The notes under the pieces are model-generated. The model worked only from the letters and a program-made list of their open reading frames with translations. It was not told the DNA's origin and did no database searches. Positions 8,933 to 16,981 of a stretch of DNA of 20,888 nt are shown piece by piece. The stretch's first letter is position 1. Each line of letters starts with the position of its first letter. A program made the position numbers and the translations under genes. Where the stretch lies: sequence record SRR31156797_1515. The stretch is one strand, 5' to 3'.

Positions 8933-9868
8933 GTGAGTAAGTTATTAACGAAGCACGAACAATCAGAACGATTGAAAAAAATAGGGGTTATTTTGCTGTC
9001 AGGTATCACCGCAGCCATTGCTTTAAATTTCTTTTTGATTCCCGCAAACGTTCTTTCTGCTGGGATGAACGGGGTCGCCCAATTGATCGTGGCACTTGCC
9101 TTGGAACATTTTGGCGTTCACCTTAGTACAGGGCTGTTTATTTTCCTATTAAACTTGCCTATCTTTGTTCTCGGGTTCATCAAACTCGGGAAATCATCGA
9201 CACTATTGAGCTTTATCAATGTCGTTGTCGTTTCTGTCTTAACGATAATCCTTCCACAAGGAGCAATCACTGACAATATTTTGGTTAACGCTTTGCTCGG
9301 TGGCGTACTGTTAGGCGTCGGCGTTGCGTTTTCACTGAAAATGGGTTTTACCACCGGCGGAATGGATATCCTTTCGTTGATATTATCAAAAACGACTGGA
9401 AAAACGGTCGGTAAATATATGTTTATTTTAAACGGCATCATTGTCATGGTCTCAGGTTTCGTCTTTTCTTGGGAAAGTGCGTTGTACACGATCATTTCGA
9501 TTTTCGCAATGAGCTACGTTGTGGACATGCTGCACACAAGTCATCAAAAGGTAACGGCCATGATTATTACGACAAATGCGGAAGCTGTTGGGAAAAATAT
9601 TTCTAAGCATGTGTTTCGTGGCATGACTTTGTTCCCCTCAGTCGGAGGGTATTCAGGCGTACCAGGCAATATGATCATGATGGTCGTGACCCGCTACGAG
9701 ATCTACGATTTAGAACAAGCCGTTTTAGAAGCAGACGGCAATGCGTTTATTAACTTTGTGCCGACCCAATCGATCACAGGTCGTTTTGCGACAGATGATG
9801 AACAACGGACCTTTAAAACGACGGGGGTCTTCCCAGAACTGAAAATACACAAGAAAAGCCGTCCATAA
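8933..9868 (+). CDS. YitT family membrane protein (DUF161 + DUF2179)
   Basis: FFLIPANVLSAGMNG, LNLPIF, GFTTGGMDI and C-terminal RGMT...GGYS...VVTRYE. GAAGGAG RBS; extended -10 TGcTATTCT at 8888-8896. Confidence 0.88.
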   Translation: MSKLLTKHEQSERLKKIGVILLSGITAAIALNFFLIPANVLSAGMNGVAQLIVALALEHFGVHLSTGLFIFLLNLPIFVLGFIKLGKSSTLLSFINVVVVSVLTIILPQGAITDNILVNALLGGVLLGVGVAFSLKMGFTTGGMDILSLILSKTTGKTVGKYMFILNGIIVMVSGFVFSWESALYTIISIFAMSYVVDMLHTSHQKVTAMIITTNAEAVGKNISKHVFRGMTLFPSVGGYSGVPGNMIMMVVTRYEIYDLEQAVLEADGNAFINFVPTQSITGRFATDDEQRTFKTTGVFPELKIHKKSRP

Positions 9869-9882
9869 TCAAGGATCGTCCA

Positions 9883-9911
9883 TTTACAAATCTTGCAAAA
9901 GAAGGTATTAT
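9883..9911 (+). promoter_or_regulatory. SigA-type promoter of the DUF59 gene
   Basis: TTTACA-17 bp-TATTAT. Confidence 0.55.
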
Positions 9912-9942
9912 TTGAAACAAGAATTAAAGGAGGTCTTCAACC

Positions 9943-10272
9943 GTGGCATATACTGAAGTAGAAGCAGAAGCAATCAAAGAGCGTGTCTTGGCTGCCTTGG
10001 AAACCGTGATTGACCCTGAGTTGGGGATTGATATAGTGAATCTAGGCTTAGTTTATGAAGTCGAATTTGATGCAGAAACAGGCAATACCGTAATCAAAAT
10101 GACCTTAACAACAATGGGCTGTCCCTTAGCCGACGTATTGACTGAATCGATACACGAAGCATTAAGCGATATTCCAGAAGTCAAAAATCCAGAAGTAAAA
10201 CTAGTTTGGTATCCCGCTTGGACGACTGATAAAATGAGTCGTTATGCACGGATTGCTTTGGGGATTCGTTAA
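9943..10272 (+). CDS. Metal-sulfur cluster assembly factor (DUF59 / SufT / YitW / PaaD-like)
   Basis: VIDPELGIDIVNLGLVY, MTLTTMGCPL and VWYPAWT; AAGGAGG RBS. Confidence 0.93.
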   Translation: MAYTEVEAEAIKERVLAALETVIDPELGIDIVNLGLVYEVEFDAETGNTVIKMTLTTMGCPLADVLTESIHEALSDIPEVKNPEVKLVWYPAWTTDKMSRYARIALGIR

Positions 10273-10372
10273 GGATTTTCAATCATACAATTGTGTTTCA
10301 TATTTGTTAACTAGTTGGAACAAGCTGTTTTCTTAGGTGGTGGACAGTTGGCAAAATGAGAAAATAAACACA

Positions 10373-10419
10373 GAACTCTTTTATTAACTTTGAAAATAGT
10401 TGGTAGAAGAGTTTTTTTT
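10373..10419 (+). terminator. Intrinsic terminator after the DUF59 gene
   Basis: GAACTCTTTTATTAACT / AGTTGGTAGAAGAGTTT stem with wobbles, followed by a T run. Confidence 0.7.
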
Positions 10420-11028
10420 AGAATACTTTATTAAATAAACAGTTACTTGGTGAAAAAGTTAAGCTTTTTTACTAAAAGCATTAAGGAATACAAGATATTT
10501 TAGAACCTGAAAGCTCAGCTTATTTTCCATTCATGTGACAACTGAAAGTGAGTTAATATTTAACTTTACCGAAATAGTAATACTTTCAATAAACCTTCAA
10601 TCATTTTGACAAAAAGAGAGCATAGATTAAATTCTTATTCATCCACATTGATAACCTTATGGTGCATCCGAGAAAACATGTCTAAATAAAAGTAACTGAA
10701 TTTAGTCAGAGACTTTGGGATACGATGGTTTTTCCTAAAGGAGTCAATGTAGAAAGAAAAAGGATGATTCTAGAAATGCTTTTTCAAAGGTCACGTGATA
10801 TCATCCTTTCAAATGACTCTTGGCTAACAAATATACAAATGTATTGTATGCAACAATCCATACATGAAAACGATAGCCCAGTTACAGTTTCGGTCAATCA
10901 TTTAGCAAGCAACATATTTTATTAGAGTTTCGAGATTAATTAATTTAATTAATGTATAATTATAGTTAAGTTGTAAAAATGATTTGCTTGATTCCCTTGA
11001 TCATAAAAAACAAAAAGGAGTGTGTTTT

Positions 11029-11346
11029 GTGGATTTTCTGTTTACTTTATTTGCTTTTATTTTCGTCGCAGTTATCTTATATCATATTGTCGAATTCTTA
11101 AAGGATCAATCTACGCCAGAAGTGTCAATACTTGCCACGCTAGTTGACAAACGAATGACAAGTAGCACGAATATTGCTGCAAACGGCTTTACGAATCAAT
11201 CCATTACCTATTATCTTTTATTTGAAATCGCAAGTGGCGAAAGATTAGAATTTAAAGTAGGGTATGGAAAATACAAATTATACGTCATCGGAGATACTGG
11301 GGTATTGAGGTATCAAAGAAAAAGGTTTAATTCACTTGATAGGTAA
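11029..11346 (+). CDS. DUF2500-like small membrane-anchored protein
   Basis: N-terminal TM helix and a C-terminal pattern (YYLLFEIASGERLEFKV...GDTGVLRYQRKRF) recalled as DUF2500. GTG at 11029 follows AAAGGAG; TATAAT at 10955. Confidence 0.7.
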   Translation: MDFLFTLFAFIFVAVILYHIVEFLKDQSTPEVSILATLVDKRMTSSTNIAANGFTNQSITYYLLFEIASGERLEFKVGYGKYKLYVIGDTGVLRYQRKRFNSLDR

Positions 11347-11371
11347 AAATTTGTATGTATATAGTATGTGT

Positions 11372-11692
11372 TTATTCGTTTTCAATTTCAAAAAAAGTTG
11401 AACAGTCAATTAAAAAACTCCTATTCAAGTGTCTTATCATTTGAAATGATTTGAATTGTACGCTTTTAATGGAAAACGCAAGTATCATCGAGTAACACTT
11501 GAGAATTTCTCCTTACTGAGGTCGCATAATTGAAACCAAGACCGAGGAAAAATTCCTACGAGGAACGGCTCAATTTAGTTCACTCATCCGTTCGAATGGA
11601 AGAAGTGATGAGCTACCTATAGTTTTAAATACTCATAAATAGAATAGTTTGCTTCACCAAAACCTCTTGGCTCATTGCTAAGAGGTTTTTTT
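11372..11692 (+). ncRNA. Candidate structured non-coding RNA (unassigned family)
   Basis: Three abutting stem-loop domains (11425-11502, 11503-11555, 11567-11614), a terminator at 11659-11692 and a possible promoter TTGATA-18-TATAGT (11336-11365). No ORF. The 5' end is inferred. Confidence 0.45.
11659..11692 (+). terminator. Intrinsic terminator
   Basis: AAAACCTCTTGGC-TCATT-GCTAAGAGGTTTT followed by further Ts. Confidence 0.85.
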
Positions 11693-11764
11693 GTTTTTAC
11701 GTGGCTTCAAAATAATTCCAAGAAGGAAAAATCGTTCATGGTTTTTCACAAACATTTTCTCATT

Positions 11765-11834
11765 CAAGTAACAAATATAGAACTTGAAATGCAAAAAGTG
11801 TTACTTGTGAGGTACATCCGACGCACCTTACAAT
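11765..11834 (+). promoter_or_regulatory. PTS operon promoter with upstream inverted-repeat operator
   Basis: CAAGTAACA-N25-TGTTACTTG (11765-11807) abuts and overlaps a weak -35 TTGTGA (11805-11810); -10 TACAAT at 11829-11834. Confidence 0.6.
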
Positions 11835-11875
11835 GAACATGTAAAATAAGAAAGAATGAATGGAGTTGAACGTTT

Positions 11876-12958
11876 GTGAAAAAAATGAAGGCTGCGTTGA
11901 TGTATGGACCAGGAGATATTCGCTATGAACAAGTAGAGCGACCCTGCTGTCCAGAGGGAGGTTTTCTATTGAAGGTTAAGGCAGTTGGTCTGTGCGGCTC
12001 TGATATTCGCAATTTGCTGACCGATTCAAAAGCGGGGCGCTACCCTCATATTTATGGACACGAAATCGTTGGTGAGATCGTCGAAATTGATGAAAATGTG
12101 ACGAAGTATCAAAGAGGGCAGATGGTTTATGTATACCCTATGGCTCATTGCCTACGTTGCGAAAATTGTCGTAATGGGAAGCACGAATGTTGTACGGAAG
12201 CTGAAAGTTACACCGATCTTCAAGGCGGTTTTGCAGAGTATATAGCATATAGTGCAACAAGAGTAGAACGAGGAGCGATTTTTGAAGTGCCAGAAGGACG
12301 AGAGCCTATCGCGGCAACATTAGCTGAACCCTTATCCTCCACTTATGCATGCATGGAGAATATTCAGGTTTCGTTAGGCGATTCGGTCGTCATTATTGGT
12401 GCAGGTCCAATTGGGGTCTTTTTAGCGATTCTAGCAAGGATTCGCGGAGCAAGCAAGGTAATCGTGATTGATAAAAATGCTGACAGACTAGCTCTTATGG
12501 AAGCGTTTAATGTAGATCATAGGATCGATTCTTCCAAAGAAGATCCTGTAGAAAAGGTGAAAGAGTATACGAATGGACATGGCGCACATAAAGTGATTTC
12601 AGCTAATCCATCAATAGAAGCACAGCAACAAAGTATTTTTATGGCTAAAAAATGTGGAATTGTCGTCTTTTTTGGTGGTGTAGCAAAGAATCAATTAACG
12701 CCTATAGATACGAATGCAGTTCATTATAACAATCTCTGGATTTATGGTCATTATGGTGCAAATAGTATTCAAGTCGAAAAATCTTTCCATTTATCCTTAT
12801 CTGATCAGTTTCCTGCTGAAAAAATTATTTCTCATGTTTTGCCTTTAGCTGACATCAATCAGGCCATCGAATTGACGAGAGAAGGGAAGGCGTTAAAAGT
12901 CGTTTTACTACCAGAAGAAGAGTATAAAATTCATTCTTTATTGAAATCTCAAAAATAG
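11876..12958 (+). CDS. Zn-dependent medium-chain polyol(-phosphate) dehydrogenase (iditol/threonine DH-like)
   Basis: GLCGSD, GHE, structural Zn CLRCENC...C, GAGPIG, and Asp in VIDKN (NAD-type). Confidence 0.88.
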   Translation: MKKMKAALMYGPGDIRYEQVERPCCPEGGFLLKVKAVGLCGSDIRNLLTDSKAGRYPHIYGHEIVGEIVEIDENVTKYQRGQMVYVYPMAHCLRCENCRNGKHECCTEAESYTDLQGGFAEYIAYSATRVERGAIFEVPEGREPIAATLAEPLSSTYACMENIQVSLGDSVVIIGAGPIGVFLAILARIRGASKVIVIDKNADRLALMEAFNVDHRIDSSKEDPVEKVKEYTNGHGAHKVISANPSIEAQQQSIFMAKKCGIVVFFGGVAKNQLTPIDTNAVHYNNLWIYGHYGANSIQVEKSFHLSLSDQFPAEKIISHVLPLADINQAIELTREGKALKVVLLPEEEYKIHSLLKSQK

Positions 12959-12982
12959 AGTAAGGAAAGGAGGAGAAAGAAA

Positions 12983-13285
12983 ATGAATAAAAAAATTGAG
13001 ATCTATATTGCTTGTGGTAGTGGGATCGCCACGTCCACGGTTGTTCAAGAGAAAGTCAAACAAATCTTAGCTCAGAGCAACATTCAGGCTTCCATCACCA
13101 AAGGGAATATTAATCAAATTCCCTCAAAAGCAGAAACAGTGGATTTAATCTTGGTGACTACTCGATATGTCAAGCCAGTAAAAGTACCGATTCTTCCTGT
13201 TTTCAGTTTGATATCGGGAATCAACGAAGAGCAGACCGCGCAGAAAATCGTTGAAGAGTGCCATCGAATTATTAAAGGGGGATAA
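12983..13285 (+). CDS. PTS galactitol-family EIIB component
   Basis: IACGSGIATSTVV phosphoryl-Cys loop; 100 aa; AGGAGG RBS. Confidence 0.92.
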   Translation: MNKKIEIYIACGSGIATSTVVQEKVKQILAQSNIQASITKGNINQIPSKAETVDLILVTTRYVKPVKVPILPVFSLISGINEEQTAQKIVEECHRIIKGG

Positions 13286-13287
13286 AA

Positions 13288-14544
13288 ATGGAAGCTGTAT
13301 TATCAGTTATTCAAAACATCATGGATATGGGGGCATCGGTTATGCTACCCGTTGTCATTTTTATTTTAAGCTGTGTCTTTAGGATGAAAATTGGCAAAGC
13401 ACTTAAAACTGGGCTTTTAGTCGGCATCGGCTTTCAAGGGTTGGGGCTTGTTGTAGGACTCCTGGGTACTTCCTTGCAACCAGCCATCGATTATTATCAG
13501 GAAATGGGATCAGGATATACCACGATGGATGTTGGCTGGGCTGCTGTGGGAGCGGCGTCGTGGTCAGTACCTTTTGCAGCGATTGCTATTTTGATGATCG
13601 TAGGATTAAATGTATTGTTTATTCTTTTGAAATGGACAACGGTTATGAATGTCGACATTTGGAACTATATTCATTTTTTGATTCCTGGAGCATTAGCGTA
13701 TGCCTTGTTTGATAGTTTTTGGCTAGGTTTGACTGTTACGGTTGGCTTATCAATTGTCACTTTATTCGTGGCTCAGTGGTTTGCTCCTAGATGGGAGGCG
13801 TATTACGGACTGGAAGGCACGACTTGTACGACATTTTCATTTATTACTTTCGCTTATCCTTTTGGACTATTAGTAAATAAACTGATTGATCTGATTCCTG
13901 GTCTTAACAAAATCGATATCAGTTTGGAAAAAGTCGAAAGTAAAATTGGTTTTTTTGGAGATCCAGCAGTTATCGGTTTGTTGGTTGGAACTTTTCTAGG
14001 CGTATTGACACGCCAAGAATTTACGGTAGCGATTTCTATGGGGGTTGGAGTTTCAGCGGTGCTAGTACTGATACCCAAAATGGTCTCTGTTATGATGGAA
14101 GGCTTGACTGCGATCGGGGAAGCTGCCAAAGAATTTATGAAGAAACATATTGGCGAAGGGAAAAAATTATATATCGGCATGGACATTGCTCTTGGTCTTG
14201 GAGATCCGACAGCGATCACAACGACAGTGATTCTGATTCCGATAGCAATATTCTTAGCATTTATTATCCCTGGTATGCATTATTTTCCAGTTGGTGTTTT
14301 AACAGTAATCGTATATATGATTCCACTACTAGCATTAGCATCAAATGGCAATCTTTTTCGAACGCTTGTCACTGGCTTTTTCTTCTTAGTTATCGTTCTA
14401 ATTGGAACAAACACCTTTGCACCTGAAGCAACCGAAATGATGAATGCGACCGGTGTACCTGTGGAAGGGGTTGTGACAGATAGTTTCTGGGGCTACAATT
14501 TAGCAAATATTATAATCAGCTTATTTCATCGAATCGTTGGGTAA
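13288..14544 (+). CDS. PTS galactitol-family EIIC component (GatC-like)
   Basis: GASVMLP, DVGWAAV, MNVDIWNY and LYIGMDIALGLGDP; polytopic membrane protein. Confidence 0.92.
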   Translation: MEAVLSVIQNIMDMGASVMLPVVIFILSCVFRMKIGKALKTGLLVGIGFQGLGLVVGLLGTSLQPAIDYYQEMGSGYTTMDVGWAAVGAASWSVPFAAIAILMIVGLNVLFILLKWTTVMNVDIWNYIHFLIPGALAYALFDSFWLGLTVTVGLSIVTLFVAQWFAPRWEAYYGLEGTTCTTFSFITFAYPFGLLVNKLIDLIPGLNKIDISLEKVESKIGFFGDPAVIGLLVGTFLGVLTRQEFTVAISMGVGVSAVLVLIPKMVSVMMEGLTAIGEAAKEFMKKHIGEGKKLYIGMDIALGLGDPTAITTTVILIPIAIFLAFIIPGMHYFPVGVLTVIVYMIPLLALASNGNLFRTLVTGFFFLVIVLIGTNTFAPEATEMMNATGVPVEGVVTDSFWGYNLANIIISLFHRIVG

Positions 14545-14606
14545 TTGACCAAATGAATAAACGAATTGTTGACAAAATAAATGGCTTAGTGGGAGAGAAA
14601 TAGTGT

Positions 14607-15047
14607 ATGAAATTTAAAGCAATCGAATTGAATGAGCGCTCCAATATAGAAGTGATTAAACAATGCGGACTTGAACTGCTAAACGAAGGGCTCGTCGGGA
14701 ATAGTTTTATCGAGTCTTGTATCGAACGCGAACATCATTTTCCTACTGGTCTGCCAGTTGACCCGCCAGTTGCGATTCCGCATACCTTCGATCTCTCTGT
14801 GAAAGAATCTTCTGTCTGTTACGCAAGACTAAAAAAGCCTGTGACTTTTAAACAGATGGATACGCAAGTAGATGACTTAGCAGTCGAACATGTATTTTGC
14901 ATGGCACTAAAAGATGAGCATACCTATATTGAATTTCTTCAAAAATTGATTTTAAGCATCCAATCTCGAAATTTTATTGTTCAATTAAGCAAGTGTGAAC
15001 CTGAAAAACTTGTTGATTTTCTAAGAGAGAATTTGTCTATTCATTAA
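14607..15047 (+). CDS. PTS EIIA component (fructose/mannitol/galactitol type)
   Basis: IEREHHFPTGL...VAIPH phospho-His motif and PVTFKQM. Confidence 0.9.
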   Translation: MKFKAIELNERSNIEVIKQCGLELLNEGLVGNSFIESCIEREHHFPTGLPVDPPVAIPHTFDLSVKESSVCYARLKKPVTFKQMDTQVDDLAVEHVFCMALKDEHTYIEFLQKLILSIQSRNFIVQLSKCEPEKLVDFLRENLSIH

Positions 15048-15058
15048 GGAGGAGTGCT

Positions 15059-16981
15059 GTGAGGAAAATTACTGCTGAAATCATCTATCTCCTACTATAT
15101 AACAAAATAACGAAAATTAGATTGGAGCAACTTTATAAAAACTTGAATCTCTCGCCAAAGAAATTCACGAGTGAAATCAAAGTCTTGAACTCGTTTCTAA
15201 ATACTCACGATATGCCGCAAGTGAAAATTGAAAGCGGATACTTACAGGTTCCTGATGAACTAGATTTGTCAGAAGCTTATCAGCTTGTTTTAGAATTGTC
15301 CCCTTACGACTATTCCTTGAATCCTGATGAAAGACGCACATTACTTCTGATCAATTTATTGATAACAGAAGATGTTCTTACGATGGATCATTTTGCTGAT
15401 TTGTTTTACGTCAGTCGATTAACAATCATCCGCGATATCAATACGTTGAAAAAACAAGAAGTGATCATGAGTAAATATATCGAAACGCTTAGGGGCGAAG
15501 GGGTTATCCTTAAGATGAATCAATCGGAGAAAAGAGAGTATTTGTTTACATTGTTTTTAGAAAATATAGACGCAAAAGGATACATCAATTATGTCGGGAT
15601 GCAAATCCTTCGGGCATTTGACGGGTCAATGGAGTATTTAGACTTTCTGGGATTCATTTTTAACGAGTTAAAGTATGCAGAAAAGTATCAGCAGTTTGAT
15701 CTTTTCGTCTATATTTTTATCGTTATCAATATGCCCCGCAAAGAACAAGGTGAATCTCCCAAATTTGTCGTTATGTCGGAAAACCTGAGCATACTCATCG
15801 ATCAAATTGAAAAAAGATTTGATCGAACGATCTCTTTCGAAGACAAACAGGCAATAGCAGAATTTTGTCATTTGAAAAAGCGAAAAAATGTGAAGGATGC
15901 TGAATTGTATAATTTGGTCATCTATTTTCTGAATAAAATTGATGAAGATTTAGGGACGACTCTAAAGTACGAATTTGACTTAATTTCTGATCTATACAAT
16001 CACTTACAAATTATTGAAGAAGAGAACATTATTTTGGATATTGAAAATATCGGTCTTTTGCGGCATCAGTTTATGGATATTATCGTAGCTGTAAGGGCTA
16101 ATAGTGGTGTCATTGAAAACTACCTGTCCCGATCCTTCAATGAATCATTTATTACTACGATCGCTATTCATATCGCAACTGCCTTAACCCGACAAGAATA
16201 TAAGATGAGCAAAATCGATATCTGGATCGTGTGTGAAAATTTATCGATAGCGAAAATGATTGCTATGAAAATTAGTCGATACAAGCAGTTCAAAATTATG
16301 AATGTGCTAACACTTGCTACTTATCGTAAGATGTGCTTCCGTCAAAAAGCCAATCGTTTAATCTTAACTGCTGATCCTTTGCCTTTTTTGGAAGAGGATG
16401 TTTTAAGGATAACACCTTTTGTGACTCAAGAAGATATCCAAAATATAGTAAAGACGGTTGACCGTTTGTTTACGATTAATGAAGAAGAGACTGAAGAAAA
16501 ATTTGATCAATTTGTCCAACAACCACAAAGAAAATTGCATGATTACTTGTTAAATTCGCATGTTATCAGAATCGACCAAAAATGTTCTTGGGAGCATTCT
16601 TTACGCTTAGCAGGGAAAGTGTTGACACAAAACGAGTGTATTGAGCAGAGCTATGTAGAAGAAGTCGTTGAAAATGTGAAACAAAATGGACCTTATATCG
16701 TAATAAGTGAAGGTGTTGCTTTAGCTCATGCGAACAATCGGGGAAATGTCCACCGTAGCACGATTAGCCTCTTGACGAATAAACAAAAAATCTCTTACGG
16801 ATCTGAGGATTATTTTCAAGTGACTTATGTTTTCTTCGTCGCTCTTGTAAGAAGTGAAGAATATTTAGAAATTGTTGAAGATATTATGTTTCTTGGGAAA
16901 TATGGATTAATTGAAAAATATTTACGTTTTAGACAGGAGGAAGCCGATGGATTATTTAGAAGAAAGGAAATTCATATGTAA
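15059..16981 (+). CDS. PRD-containing transcription activator (MtlR/LicR-like: HTH-Mga-PRD-PRD-EIIB-EIIA)
   Basis: HTH FADLFYVSRLTIIRDI, PRD His in LYNH315 and IAIH371, EIIB-like IVC392, EIIA GPYIVI...ALAH557; AAGGAGG RBS. Confidence 0.85.
   Translation: MRKITAEIIYLLLYNKITKIRLEQLYKNLNLSPKKFTSEIKVLNSFLNTHDMPQVKIESGYLQVPDELDLSEAYQLVLELSPYDYSLNPDERRTLLLINLLITEDVLTMDHFADLFYVSRLTIIRDINTLKKQEVIMSKYIETLRGEGVILKMNQSEKREYLFTLFLENIDAKGYINYVGMQILRAFDGSMEYLDFLGFIFNELKYAEKYQQFDLFVYIFIVINMPRKEQGESPKFVVMSENLSILIDQIEKRFDRTISFEDKQAIAEFCHLKKRKNVKDAELYNLVIYFLNKIDEDLGTTLKYEFDLISDLYNHLQIIEEENIILDIENIGLLRHQFMDIIVAVRANSGVIENYLSRSFNESFITTIAIHIATALTRQEYKMSKIDIWIVCENLSIAKMIAMKISRYKQFKIMNVLTLATYRKMCFRQKANRLILTADPLPFLEEDVLRITPFVTQEDIQNIVKTVDRLFTINEEETEEKFDQFVQQPQRKLHDYLLNSHVIRIDQKCSWEHSLRLAGKVLTQNECIEQSYVEEVVENVKQNGPYIVISEGVALAHANNRGNVHRSTISLLTNKQKISYGSEDYFQVTYVFFVALVRSEEYLEIVEDIMFLGKYGLIEKYLRFRQEEADGLFRRKEIHM

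Noticed and set aside
3472-9495. Overlapping or antisense ORFs (3472-3750, 4202-4468, 4865-5092, 5473-5826, 5485-5670, 5768-5962, the 6128-8016 set, 8495-8914, 9118-9495)
   Set aside because: They overlap confident genes, terminators or promoters and have no recognisable domains.
10725-10925. 66-aa plus-strand ORF
   Set aside because: Weak RBS, no recognisable motif, AT-rich intergenic context; not supportable as a CDS.
11545-11572. c-di-AMP (ydaO) riboswitch-like words (ACGAGGAAC; CCTCGTAGG on the minus strand)
   Set aside because: The other conserved segments (GCTGAATCC, GGGGnTAATC) are absent.
11640-11692. BglG/LicT RAT antiterminator site overlapping the terminator (ends in CAAAACCT)
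   Set aside because: Lacks the GTTACTG/CAGG core. The regulator has HTH domains rather than a CAT RNA-binding domain, and the operon has its own promoter downstream.
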